Source: a virus
IMG/VR virus record: IMGVR_UViG_3300042549_007551
Location: 11,791-75,790 of that record
Strand: one strand, 5' to 3'
DNA length: 64,000 nt
Part shown: piece after piece, positions 26,101-29,693 of the stretch
Position numbering within the stretch: position 1 is the stretch's first letter
Layout: each line of letters opens with the position of its first letter
Translations under genes and position numbers: made by a program
Notes under the pieces: generated by a model
What the model saw: only the letters and a program-made list of their open reading frames with translations
Told to the model about the DNA's origin: nothing
The model's database searches: none

Positions 26101-26250
26101 TACAAGTACTTGATTTGAAGTAGCGCGCGCTTGTCCAAACCCTCTAAGCCCTTCATAATAAGGTGCTAATGCAGGTCTAGAATAAATATTTCCAGGATAT
26201 ATTCTAGTCGTTCCTGCTAATAAAGGTTTTCGTGGATATAATAATGCCAT
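2134..26250 (-). CDS. giant (8038 aa) virion/ejection polyprotein containing a single-chain two-barrel RNA polymerase and a DEDD-exonuclease-like domain
   Basis: GADNDGD (aa 6123-6129) with RWP 36 aa upstream; beta-like AFEDALLI, GNKTWLGMWGFKG, VDIVANKESLVKRG, EHTAEKMNVR, GGVPITPSFSAILEAQG; DEDD-like VVLDMET and VAHNGKRFD; located next to the capsid gene. Confidence 0.85.
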   Translation of the reverse strand: MALLYPRKPLLAGTTRIYPGNIYSRPALAPYYEGLRGFGQARATSNQVLVRSLQQWAISPFAVNNEDFMERIRNRYGIEDTGTYDLFGNLGGLVGAGVGAALNSGYLRSALIDKKFWKKESWQNPFSTTFDPKRARYQDARFKQLRNIKANESLVLDYNKQVKSANDLLKQDYKIKKTLQTYDPKFIESVKNLELSKVNKATLEATLTNNVELKKIADKSFIKAEANLKKVKRLGKNNPLKIQAQQAFDLAQKDLVNLDQSVKLAQQQIVDAGNSIVKNSDEAIKIAAKAEDVVDVTNMLNDSARITNTVNDASKTITAAAKILETNGVIVDAAKLTIKKGAQAGKTFFKSISEAGARFVPGLGIAADIYSLGTSAVGLAQSVQQGDIFNTAFNALALISDTVALTGSAIEVAGGGLIGSAISGIGTVASIAVSALQGFLVGRTVGRSFSPEGAKAQEMFAQNLYAGMMQRPISSIATLLTTIAVPALTGWLSSGLRINKNLSLLSKNNPLTGIGSWLSTNAFGNQVRAGLSMMTLQAVTSITAPLDDQFSPWKATDPDDVSFVSAISLYGDINDNLYGATRNKAVLLGLVSGDSKAMTDALAKSWGYSNELYRSVMFDDIREAANLNLGEIGNSLISTLGELLIDPQNFNEVVNKYYQTYTIDVGTNVLSRIVEHETSKLKMTGKTKAAANSLGKLVDEDGVFSFKINDPTAKQAFLKQLVGAWISNGRKGVQEILYKQFASGGIQFGQKARVYTLDISSQLNILDNLFTNVLENKNYIYKVGSAKLKNELENSYRRYKQARKSTTPTENQIALIGRFDNTFRELKTLYGGSLSEGQLLAKAYKDFDLKINSKVSSNLYNNFESLKNHIDNVDSFAGIVTHVANPMSVAFKGLSFSVEKLFEYLRRNINPKQAAITIEKFEAIEKDVNTINKELIDINKTGTSVKKSNETFDEVLNKQKKTNKTLSKIIQQTTKEQVEQSAEKDTIDSQSDILDQAKQALESRKKAYEENEEYIDYPVLNYETSSGIKIVINKKNFKRIQTEVSDYEKKAGPDLDAVVKAGQKGNDKVTLEYVAKRNALLNYTYITKHRKVLSQVFVLMDAGLVHVNELTTVAQQSLFNVLKVINGFKIFSNETVFIKSSLVINEELATLQEENKELEKEKVDLKKQVNKLLKITKNVKATGEEKLKASEEIIALETSITKIQNAQDKKATTIKTLKDKLEIIKNNPKKDEDVQRNTYNKQRAIDEFIEGDEGDALVDLANQYGIKVALVDKDGNEIERATLKTITPSNRKKKVVDVQISFVKTIEQDIVSLIYNLLPDGFETTLLLKGLINFDADDIEKNWDKQTTAAKINTLIRIIKKLELDSYISADKVKSFGGLLGVVEAINKVIENKNKPTFRSVEDVSLTELKEIVFYKLLNQKNGLFKQKLDTVNKLFERADKQIEKITKVLDSDSEKNKADKKAIKDILDQELRRINNFLQYNEMYSYVKSYYYNSINVNKDINLFLSDEAKKELLPDFITEDELKNWNKLSIPDAVSKLNSIDTAFIKFLEERESNVVESEYILQKDEVLSDKEFLTEYDTMIEELIETKEIRKQEEAKKNTIKKAVSSTLSVQSTIVKQLENIPQSLLTNLLFKLSTSDIEKDKNNPYNALKKILAGGFSVLNIKELRFNFRMAMFINSDSETIDDAKSYKETLKGLKRTSSGHYYFLEKVLKELVRLDKEKVITIDWDTLSNSKEGKKVKVFSKRGETFKSDSYKIRLLGDLYNKEEDIDIKLPLDGKEQKRLNRIYYQSVNESIRNYFDENNIEYDKDYLKDFIEKLISGDKSITADVYKLIAGNALKIMTIKLQDLYAFNNKHRYLKNIIDKGIRATEIKDIRASSDRHYTLSTSVYKALSISDDKHKDLLDDIITFSNFQTFGNYEDENSIKPAFNLKSGLMQVVYFLNSFIETDKAFKKEVDFKELDYFAFEDKQIVIYIKNDKNKVSRKVYLLEYLLTHHVNIRIVSSIIDRLKTNTVAKGTLTPETASELGNKLLNEYQDAVKKFGSSIVTAPLTISRELFKGTDEEYALVNDINFINAYGSLNTLLFLETQYESADPKFLKRKNRYSNIQLVLKPEIFYYLEKANTEFKKPETTVVINGKTINKPVSSDILFILYVLDAKDIPQETKELLVKKVFFYQGTVGKGVATLNKIEELNGVVLRQNNRIALLKNRKDSKSKNIKDQISDLENEVIDIQRRINAYENFRNNIKDKALEEDFNAFYKYIVDNPEKVETMFYNNRSTSDDSNIAIAYDPATKEYMVVEHYDGNGNSNIDESGVKGLPNYNSEIGEKIISKHNTELHTEGSKKIAKVLKEKGYDPYVLTLRDISETGAVIIVSKDNLETAFSEFNNLVKFALKDKTSKDKNIYFMTEEQHKDILEMRRTKKYINTFDYVITKDKNGNINGELKSNYINIKSSTSRSGQGGILGGFLKDVENLQKLADRLKLSREDLVKKLTEFARIKKEYTIVEPGDVVNINFNQTNLFKRVVRLARKEKAFARFLELLYNDFGSFDIDVIGRNFFTDRYIKENYNFNNFESDLRRENYRLYEQLTEIKINATNIGPDIKITLLDAIKNALIVMQKEYKNEDITFNNYNDIYNKEFLKTIEQLKDVAYSFVSSLKYTHNIYYKKLIKKLQDYFGSGLEGFITAKEMSTRNNILKHSENKTFVLVNGKKEYNKGLFNAQKVGMLNLINELKEEFNSKQTEGVSLESVLAAQLRRSRALYKESTKANNARVRGTATNLNWTNLFYVIKNLPSTFDIDRMDDKTLIGLASYLNIDDSIFNKFKNEDYLSIKIAIKNTINTYFNQLKSVLELPDDMTLAELITDVKTNNPQVNAILNYIKKYSTMFDDNIKTVSDAEINSIKKDVLKTTLNKYINNISLHANKTNEIYLQINASLSYKKMLEKDPKSTVTLESMIKDLRIQDKDNVKNWYKKPKEDFREENGVNITDVILDNITQTTPSAFNNVVKETIESIVNKAEDVFFGDTSGKAIIKPTFIKNFGSASEYLDSIKDKEARNMTELFINIMFYGGLKKENATIETVAKQFKIDLNKYKQESGKTRLGPIDDNVFKVMSYLLRNKKENKFESPFEVYNLINLPLLDDNKKFKVYLYEYLFGFKDYKGNVIRHTHNEKEKRISLSKKLFNSLGIDFETVENLFTKYNTLDEIMDVLYNTISKNDNMFAFVNIINFAKTQFINNEFKQQWSWQDAVNKFRIGAAKKNIRRIKKLEALNIFETKQQDDPFENSILRSIFNSVSHLSNAGSYVKGINDRLDIIVLKEKDTPDTNVTVKPQLLMTTPNNINKITREATRNAFSAVFKPNTDPSYQSTMAQVIEQTLADFSFHSINEDYAETIDKVSTRNPDSVYLNLMTRYTNVLSLLKGGVDKYDFVKMKEIGSALLVLEQDKKYITLYKKDFERYVKTINDPKKVIEIEEALKDIVKYFNSRGYLIGVNIEQVKAIMGYILVQKFELKTQEGIKDREKLVLQGLMDIQEANISNQLLKLSEIATNIESVHGVKKLLKLIYPESVLNNMSKSERKEAEDRIEKIENLVNVLESSLKLDASTRNVYDTVELGMAANSEMALKQLPTITTWLSIKDTIDELKKELKVVNASQRGFKLNYNFDINENTIINKNMSSLNKAISKLEEAVSGINNSIEVLKDKNAAYKEKLLIDIYNNNPGLMKEFNDYWLTVLDKAEKENKQALEKVKAFIPKEFFQEREKILIELEAEKTYFKTNEYIAFKNIRKKKLQNLYNSKSILILKKYKINITNAAGYKDFILNANKKLDDIDALEQTLSTGPKDSKIKTNSWKKFTKIVLNIEEKNKKRIDNINQYIVNEGYLDEDTQSAKERKIASVKYYLNNIRTVYFSGIKEATKELVKKEQQDLNKLVLNEEATASLVKGKNKYLDKAKYILQELENEFIFTYEFEDFKNYEEEIDNKVKELQDSKLTGVDYKPHDRKYTNVFKKFMVATYIQIALDYKFKKLNIKKKDLTKETVKKETNKYKVLYTLKSEELYKRLKNLIYKINEEDTTYFKSSGFNLKLKTKSLQILKDEKEEYTLDQLETLREEFSTSVNNIIINSKNTDLSKLIYNLKKLKSNIKTTLENIKSAETALENINKYGNQKPEDVIKNIVKRVAKDGISLVKEDEVVSYLLSNEVKAFNDEEDILIKSKEQLNAELSTLKNRRDSINTYTVVNPDKISKLNKRIDLLEEESAPIKLRHDNLLLEAKKNKPYGNSNLDTYRNNYKIKEDVSREALLDSIITEAGNYYQGGKQALLDLIESTNIDGEKGINLHNAVVDNIVTFFNYMKQIELSGKNIPDRFVVLDMETITEKSGRRTPYQLTILNVTRVKGKLMFNVLNQFMTNRIFIDGIEETIDSNGVKTITKSDELEGFYDQQVKMYVKESAGFKAWADINKKKYWDAKALEEYINNNLTKNELDDYTKRIDLTIKNIAGLPNDIEFIRLFVSEINALPNTVPIVAHNGKRFDFVNYNEFIFKLSKTLKTNLYYQLIRQNDPKAVRERLNLLSVEDAVDKGEEVKLIEANKKEINNILNKVNKGIALTDADITAMTRFNQEIGSIIVTKLMKEIEEKLGITVNVKLKEALFTGNNSQIKSVTNIVLEYISTKDPAEKARLKDMLVAYFIEGWKLRHTTDESKNIEKYADALLKDTELEYNNYLEDGVLKEDQGVSIASTGMAIRKAVKKELGIKDTQLNDFEYNEALYSVEKQIEQIKKFIAYVNLSSVKSHKEKVLELKATQDALIKERNQIISEVENLKKEIVTAKVGTDDLKNIIKKAADKIKNIRSNTSYRIQNVLNNQLENAKKRFKYIRTNSVDFGLLKFEIDENLKLLNKTLEEMEILLTLIPADADQKIDLNSQKVKDVLSRMVDPSIIKIKTNEEKNKLLKEFNERQSKLVKLTTGIENGRNIIDAKIEEKIKEIVAGLKKDADIKLKTVEDAWNTVGKSLLGTSFKPVLSNLKASDTDLNIKFNEALSILVSKQNELKDNTTYASLVSLLSKEKGARGLISVIEEEKKILKNIDKFNLRTLITLALKKELDYVNSNISFLNDLKIGVPKNNTEINNEVITNKFLEVISVLRNTERIKTEFERSNIFTVLNGNEENINNFTPDERLDGLQRVATEREEQSFINKLGVKNVKRVYKDAHRGLDKEALIVKDDIALAKSPSDNFYLVGYMDNQNNIYNYYQFTTGGGMPTFKFRYTYVEVGKILEVKTKDIVYRPKPNEDMEGWLKTKFFNYTDKSGKRKLGFSGLNKEAIYLEDGIDASYNSIEKTIKLAAKHQKDGLFEYTQDETDKAIKAKEIAAFRESVVFDDAIPDSALERINMTTVLKQRFFRYYDTYQSAKRNEKDSDIVKVYRGIADRILSKFKANDPAKLLFLVDPQYSTSPLIIWTRKNVVRLSLDLEKSAEGSAGKSNPPLTALNVDMPHTLNTNPGRIVLSFNKLYLEYTPYKIINDYYEYEDLNKLNATTIEDNLGKFIDSIADPKEKEIITSRLLRTYKDKNGKDKVINIFTPNYLTEKQYQFYKRDILHKIGVNTIVGFINHPGAFEDALLIDAEYAKAVGMDEGNKTWLGMWGFKGGIRYVVGLKEKFGVDIVANKESLVKRGAGGAVLEQTLNAVRMYLVNDELQGDGYKNIADNALLKKYGLTKNNLSVLRSKEKELKDTFKIREGKIILDAAKDYAKILDGIFGKASDGHSVWNDIIYDVIKDDLIVNNILSNGDINTLNFKGIDIQRGEIYVILDAEHTAEKMNVRTRLIEEENISIAERDIKGSIIGGVPITPSFSAILEAQGVNWKVLLDQKDRNEIEVFSEIQNNGLLPFIEKYSIKKSNGTYDIEAMAKKISLETNTPMVDEVINYLTYKNFSIRTSNQETRLKLETIILPKINLKAMNRASEFLTGNTGAIVSYTYRKHPGIRQQLLANTDLMLGQLRTSRQGWEELSKNKDWLQIDRIDDASWSKIINGFNINTALNYKNNSVSIVNNKDEVKLSSKQELEDFIIHLNKSGITNDNISGKENKMYVVDSKTYTVKFVTNNKGIKFGWVLAARWPIQDAKSTPTVKIVGYHTNETIEANPYMYKMMGADNDGDTIGMIALNNEQFNKGLFFKNDATKESYYDEGFWSWDSINNVKKKEKGYLESVRKELLTNVKSNGRTDVISTEATSVGKAVFKGASGTPIRTSYSFGELYGTIFAGIKKDISEIEIPKVVGWENDDAAKKYFLNVAIREVYNENAYEGFELKEYDSKDAVNKILETNETLYKIAARNYLFDQSIKNNKYNVTKYMTKEDLVLVNDEVIEKHFSLEDKQYIKENKVETIFKRKNEKDKEIIYKLFLRILHTQSLIETITRFQASKNGIGVFGGLRKIQNVTSIISPFLGMNKDQTGNAWHAFKSNLGVVTIRSLSDKILSATNLKGILNDINIESDLSLNVTDRKNKLEKDKKVFISKVKGKLNETIYDSWFKEVAYDKDKKVYIDKEDAAKYKEYFKESVDEILGLIFDKNYLSLLVRQEMSSFGFALKSEYKLGAIVKHFDKYYQKPANKEDDILNPFYRSLIEKYRDLVKRNMEQTKLNEVEEMYLHLFYFGRNNADVKKFKKAIKDNDKVTNDKKKPTISTMADIYSSDYLDQVIIDRGILGKQSNDATIIIGIAKHGALRMDVTKFLRDFKKRVKENVDKLSVRKVTIGLDEAHENALAIGLDSDPIETNNLSIRNLELEKEIDNNEESKNVQIAQSYTRKSKAIDDITTVINQYAKKELFPDSKIPDEISTYYFNIIKEVAIVFYKNKGALEESLDTEVTINGVTGTVNAFLGELVAIKMPAYRILRLFNVANNTYNEINARYSSGTESNDRIDRKEISWLNKTFYLYKLLLEFNGYNAKEELRLNLDKKYQASKDFFLSSREVDANYVNIDIESGNVTQRLNKSQNSATVSTLKEQASIIASELLEPYGNSYSKALGSEQTNASDLERLTALEFIKDQDLESLRDVVTIDSLIDVLISAFKEFKIVTEDKQKIYNSRNKTVDKTTVNDIAIRLLNKELSFNRIERYIKEINVADNNLRSKNDEIKRKEIRIKTLGNLILQKSNEENKVKLAIDEVKDLSKQDTLDYFNKKLLELEKRRRDIKLAVISKIFSRKFAQGMFLLHTPEGESMDLLKQGIPRIMGDEETLSKQDVERIKHTNLMNIDKSVVPFITLASMYKKDIIVVDQNGNKTKKEVYDFKTMYEHVKRNSNFIRLVVVKDGYASEGLIKRVGDLFRKNDPEWEKKTRWQQFIGAAKHRDKVRFNSFDEIESYVKQLNDPKDKKVNSIIFNGKEYTSVDLDNINFKEDLSLTTKQIDVRSWKDLEKIFNLIKKYQADEGVNLQFGFVTIDSLMSLYNQAYKPFRFKGGWSNILAQLQYLEKLLMRFNYGFIMRNYLDTWTQLYSELYKDFGVFGAFKNRKQIVRIMGLTHDVYNIYKDVSEERLLSLLEVKTAYDKMLSLLLKKDNVTNEEVLTITENFYIIKDRLKNYIDGAEAIKKEDVKKRIETRLIKAKEISQRLEGIGNYILNVVIGVKDIKDLDNIKVTSKFKNVKALKNITYNIALQESVAFLGDTRFAEYFTLYDSLKFNPGETNLYRQRINKRLEKYKTTLDSNGQPVYSADYEDLKKILFEVSAFMQTNAQVDVYRQETFEYLRNIVEERKLNDFNDTETRTFKEVYDEIEKEKNGLFNKGLLGLVHKGYKYTYSDLNANIENVGRIAGYLLDRQLRGYTFQEAVNSSLKRFFNYGLRSPLEMQLLADIPYLSFPVRSLTNWIDRILDPRMSVLLSDIIDGVYGQYTDDDGEYSPFELFEMQNGWLRIYNGVGIRLGFGLFDVQKLLSDPGRSLLDRQRPLLRGLSKFLETKDVLQSIRQLAIAGPISNVLNKLPVREQLTQGPLAPFVSKNKNPIIPLSSGILPLYTVPDYEKYTPKRYRYLYGSNGRWAKYENIYRDWFTKYGTMRKPRVNPYSLVKNTKWRQYVRYRRSRVALR

Positions 26251-26260
26251 GCTGTAAAGT

Positions 26261-26269
26261 ATTATAGCA
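26261..26269 (-). promoter_or_regulatory. extended -10 promoter for the giant gene (near-leaderless)
   Basis: TGCTATAAT ending 10 nt before the ATG; no Shine-Dalgarno. Confidence 0.7.
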
Positions 26270-26270
26270 T

Positions 26271-26300
26271 AAAAAAAACCACTGTAAACTATACAGTGGC
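26271..26300 (-). terminator. Rho-independent terminator
   Basis: GCCACTGTA-tagtt-TACAGTGGT then T-run on the minus strand. Confidence 0.85.
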
Positions 26301-26320
26301 TCTTTTACTAATTGTCTAAA

Positions 26321-26659
26321 CTACATCTTCTTAAAGTCGCCGGACGCTTGCGTGTCCATAAACTTAGCTGTGGTTTTAGCGATACGAATCTGACGGTCAA
26401 TGTGATGAAGATACTTCAACAACGCATTGTAATGTCCGCGTGATAACGAGAATTCGGTACCATCCGTTGGATACTTTTTAAAGTTTCCATTAAACGCCAC
26501 AGTAATGCTCTCACCTACGTAACGAGCATATAATGGTGAGATTGAGTATTTAACATTAGATTCACGGAATAACCTTAAATCGTTATTACGTGCTTGTGTT
26601 TCAACGCTTTCCACACCTTTAATAAGACTGGATGTTAGTTCAAATGTGTCTTTTGCCAT
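26321..26659 (-). CDS. hypothetical protein downstream of the capsid gene (probably virion-associated)
   Basis: RBS AGAAAGGAGG; own TGCTATAAT promoter at 26716-26724. Confidence 0.75.
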   Translation of the reverse strand: MAKDTFELTSSLIKGVESVETQARNNDLRLFRESNVKYSISPLYARYVGESITVAFNGNFKKYPTDGTEFSLSRGHYNALLKYLHHIDRQIRIAKTTAKFMDTQASGDFKKM

Positions 26660-26715
26660 TTGAGTGCTGCCTCCTTTCTTGGAAGAATTACGGTTAACCT
26701 ATACACCGTAAGGTT

Positions 26716-26724
26716 ATTATAGCA
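26716..26724 (-). promoter_or_regulatory. extended -10 promoter
   Basis: TGCTATAAT. Confidence 0.65.
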
Positions 26725-26728
26725 CGAA

Positions 26729-28723
26729 CTACTCTACGTTAGAGCCTTCGTCGTTGCCAGTACCCTTTGCGCCTAAAACATCTTCTTCAAGAGTATCTAC
26801 AAATTTCTTTAAGTATTCAGCACGGATTGCTTTGAATTTTCCATCAACTGTATCAATTGGTGCGGCACCAAGAGCGTTGTTAGCAGCAGTGAGTAATTTT
26901 TTAAATACAAACGCTTTAACTTCAGTTGAGTATTGTGCGGTTGCAAACACAGTACCATTAGGTTGTTTTAATTCAACCGTAATTGGGTGCAACACAACAT
27001 CACCTTTTTTATATTCGACACCAGATGTGTAAAACTTATAAGGATTTTGACCAGCGATGTTTGACGATCCAACTAAACCACCGCGGTTAACGCCATCAAC
27101 ACGTAACTTACCTGCACCATCAACACCAATAGAGTTAAAGTTATTTTGTTCATACGCTTCAGCTTCAGTTAAGAAACTTGGGTCGTAGTTCTTATTGATA
27201 ACTTTTTCAGTTAATGCAGCAAGTTCTGCGTAACGTGGGATTCCAAACGTAACAACAACAGCTTCAGGACGCTTAATTGCTAATCCAAAACCATCGACTT
27301 TAAATCCAATAGATTGACGTTGATCGATAGGATCAGCAACACCTGAAGAACCTAAAGCTTTAATAATAATCTTAGGAGCATCTGAGACACCTTCCATGGT
27401 TAACTTCACTAACGCTTCCGCGCCAAATAAAATACCACGATGGACCGGTAATTGCATGAATTCACCGCTATCGATGTATCCATTAATTTTCGCTAAGTCA
27501 CCAGATTCACCAGCTGCCACAGGAGCATACGTCACAACGCCAGTAACCGCGTTAATCGTACGGGTTTGCTTTTTAAGAACCGCAGTGGCTGCTACTGCTT
27601 CAGCTGTTGCGGATAACATAACAGTTGCAACAACAGGAGGAGTCGCACCTGCGTCTGCTAACACTAAATTAGTAGCAAGCGTACCAGTAGGAATTTCCCA
27701 CTTGATTAATTCGTCAATAGCCGATCCATCTTTAAGATACGAAGTACCTGCAAGATTAGATTTAGCTTTAACGCCAGAGCTAACAACAAAGTCTTGATGA
27801 ATGTCTAAGTACCAAATTGTGCTAGTAGGGTTACCACTAACTGGAGCAATTGGTTCAACTGCGTATAAACGGATAACTTCAGTACCGTCTGCTTTTTCAT
27901 AGACGCCTGGGAATTCAATGTCAGGATATGCAAATTCATCTAACATCGTTGGGATGAAGGATAATTCAAACATATCGAATTGTTGGCCCGTAGTCCAAAG
28001 TTTACCAGTAGTTAATTCAATTTCCATATATTGTTTCACACGTGGGTCATCAATTAAACCATTGATGAATTCTGGTGAACACACATAGTTGAACTTACCG
28101 CCGACAGGTTTAACCATCATGCGTTTCATACGTGATACTAAGAATCGAAGATCATCTAAACGGATTTCATCACCAAAATGTAATTGAGCAAAGCCTGTTT
28201 TAAAGCCAGCATAAAATTCATTTGGGGTAGCTAACCAGGTCTTACGTGCATACAGTTCTTTGGTTTGGTTGGCAACTTCACCATATTGAACTGAACGTTC
28301 AGCAAGAACTTCGTTAACAATGCTTAAGTCTAGCTTGTCAGTATATTCTGACCAGCGACCAAACGAGAACACGTTACCAACTTCAATAGTTTCGTAAGCA
28401 TGTTTGTCTGGTGAAGGTGGGATACCTTCTTTTAATGGAGTCAAGGTTGGAGTTAATCCAGCCCAACGACGGAAACGAGCAGTCGTGTCGCCTCTGCGAA
28501 TCGTTAACGTTTCTGCAGCAGCTAAGTGTACGTAGTTTTCTTCCCCGTACTTGAGAGAGTCTAAAAGAATAGTGTTGTAAAAAATGTTGGGATCAAACCC
28601 AGCACGGTACACACCATCTTTGTCGTAAAGCATTCCAATGACGGTATTTACGTTTTGCAAATTATGCAAAGGTAGCAACGCGTCTTTTGAAAGCTTTATA
28701 TTAGCGTCTGATAAAATGGCCAT
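26729..28723 (-). CDS. major capsid protein, N4-gp56 family-like (HK97 fold), about 664 aa
   Basis: GDTTARFRRW...TPLKEGIPP and IIKALGSSGVADPIDQRQSIGFK motifs; start moved to the ATG at 28723 behind AAGGAGG. Confidence 0.85.
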   Translation of the reverse strand: MAILSDANIKLSKDALLPLHNLQNVNTVIGMLYDKDGVYRAGFDPNIFYNTILLDSLKYGEENYVHLAAAETLTIRRGDTTARFRRWAGLTPTLTPLKEGIPPSPDKHAYETIEVGNVFSFGRWSEYTDKLDLSIVNEVLAERSVQYGEVANQTKELYARKTWLATPNEFYAGFKTGFAQLHFGDEIRLDDLRFLVSRMKRMMVKPVGGKFNYVCSPEFINGLIDDPRVKQYMEIELTTGKLWTTGQQFDMFELSFIPTMLDEFAYPDIEFPGVYEKADGTEVIRLYAVEPIAPVSGNPTSTIWYLDIHQDFVVSSGVKAKSNLAGTSYLKDGSAIDELIKWEIPTGTLATNLVLADAGATPPVVATVMLSATAEAVAATAVLKKQTRTINAVTGVVTYAPVAAGESGDLAKINGYIDSGEFMQLPVHRGILFGAEALVKLTMEGVSDAPKIIIKALGSSGVADPIDQRQSIGFKVDGFGLAIKRPEAVVVTFGIPRYAELAALTEKVINKNYDPSFLTEAEAYEQNNFNSIGVDGAGKLRVDGVNRGGLVGSSNIAGQNPYKFYTSGVEYKKGDVVLHPITVELKQPNGTVFATAQYSTEVKAFVFKKLLTAANNALGAAPIDTVDGKFKAIRAEYLKKFVDTLEEDVLGAKGTGNDEGSNVE

Positions 28724-28948
28724 ATAAGCCTCCTTGTTTTTGTTAGAGCTCGCGTAACAACTTATCGTATGCAGATCCGCTTTTAATAAAAAACGCCAGA
28801 AGGATAGCATTAAATAACATAACTTAAAATGGTTATATTACTTCACTACTCATTCTGGCGTAAGCATCCATGTATAAATTGCCGAGTTTTACACACTTCG
28901 ATCTGGACACTAAAGTAGTCCGCTACTATCTACGCATATAATATAACA
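28724..28948 (-). promoter_or_regulatory. promoter plus structured 5' leader with a long hairpin and U-tract upstream of the capsid gene
   Basis: TGTTATATT (28940-28948); hairpin 28793-28861 followed by T6. Confidence 0.6.
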
Positions 28949-28965
28949 CGTAAATTTCTGTGTAT

Positions 28966-29026
28966 AAAACAAAAACACCGTTTCTTTACAATTCACTCAT
29001 AATGAAGTGCGATAGAATCGGTGTTT
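28966..29026 (-). terminator. long hairpin terminator after the basic-protein cluster
   Basis: AAACACCG.TTCT ... AGAA.CGGTGTTT followed by TTGTTTT. Confidence 0.55.
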
Positions 29027-29051
29027 AAGATACAGATAATTTTACAATTAT

Positions 29052-29120
29052 CTATTTCTTTTTAGTTTTAGCTTTAGCACTCATTGCTTTTTTTGCCATA
29101 ATCTTTTTATTCATTGCCAT
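29052..29120 (-). CDS. 22-aa Lys/Met/Ala-rich basic peptide (MAMNKKIMAKKAMSAKAKTKKK)
   Basis: Translated by hand; purine-rich RBS AGAAAGGACGGAG; below the ORF-track cutoff. Confidence 0.6.
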   Translation of the reverse strand: MAMNKKIMAKKAMSAKAKTKKK

Positions 29121-29162
29121 ATTTAATCTCCGTCCTTTCTTTTTTAATATCGATATCACAGG

Positions 29163-29411
29163 TTATTTACTATTGGTTCTAAACTTTCTAACTTTACTTA
29201 CTATCGACTTAGGTTGTGCAACAAATTGTTTGCCTGCACGATTACCTTGTGCCTTCGCACGATTAGTCGCTGCACGTTCTGATGCACTTAAAGCAGACCA
29301 CGCTTTTTCAGGCAGGTATCTTAACCTACCTTCAGAAGGTTTACCGCTTGCAGTTTTCCAACGTTGTTCTGTCCAATGATCAAGTGAACGTTGTGATGCT
29401 TTCTTTGGCAT
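29163..29411 (-). CDS. small basic phage protein (DUF5872-like, C-terminal half)
   Basis: SLDHWTEQRWKT...RYLPEKAW...KQFVAQPK pattern. Confidence 0.65.
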   Translation of the reverse strand: MPKKASQRSLDHWTEQRWKTASGKPSEGRLRYLPEKAWSALSASERAATNRAKAQGNRAGKQFVAQPKSIVSKVRKFRTNSK

Positions 29412-29412
29412 A

Positions 29413-29523
29413 TTAATACATGCCTTTAGACTTCATCATTTTACCCTTGCCCATTTTCTTAGGGGTCCAAGTACCTGATAAAGCTGTTCCTTTATTCTTA
29501 AACATCTTAGGTGCTTTCATCAT
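29413..29523 (-). CDS. 36-aa Lys/Met-rich basic peptide
   Basis: MMKAPKMFKNKGTALSGTWTPKKMGKGKMMKSKGMY; RBS GGAGGA; ATGA overlap with the upstream stop. Confidence 0.6.
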   Translation of the reverse strand: MMKAPKMFKNKGTALSGTWTPKKMGKGKMMKSKGMY

Positions 29524-29693
29524 TTGTATCCTCCACCTTTCTTTTTATATTCACGAGCTAACAATTGTGCTTTACGTGCTGACCATTCACCAGGGTCACC
29601 ACCTTTAGTACCGCGTTTAATTTTATTAAATAAATTCTTACGCATCGTTGGCTTGGTGTAATTGCCAGCGGCGTTTACTTTTGATTTTACCAT
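29520..29693 (-). CDS. 57-aa basic phage protein (DUF5872-like, N-terminal half)
   Basis: Hand translation: NYTKPTMRK...KGGDPGEWSARKAQLLAREYKKKGGGYK. Confidence 0.7.
   Translation of the reverse strand: MVKSKVNAAGNYTKPTMRKNLFNKIKRGTKGGDPGEWSARKAQLLAREYKKKGGGYK

Noticed and set aside
2134-26250. N4-type (T7-like single-subunit) virion RNAP, suggested by the N4-like capsid protein
   Set aside because: The motifs found are two-barrel DxDGD type; I did not recognise the T7-family motif set
28724-28810. N-terminal extension of the capsid ORF given by the ORF track
   Set aside because: A strong SD precedes the ATG at 28723, and the extension runs through the leader hairpin
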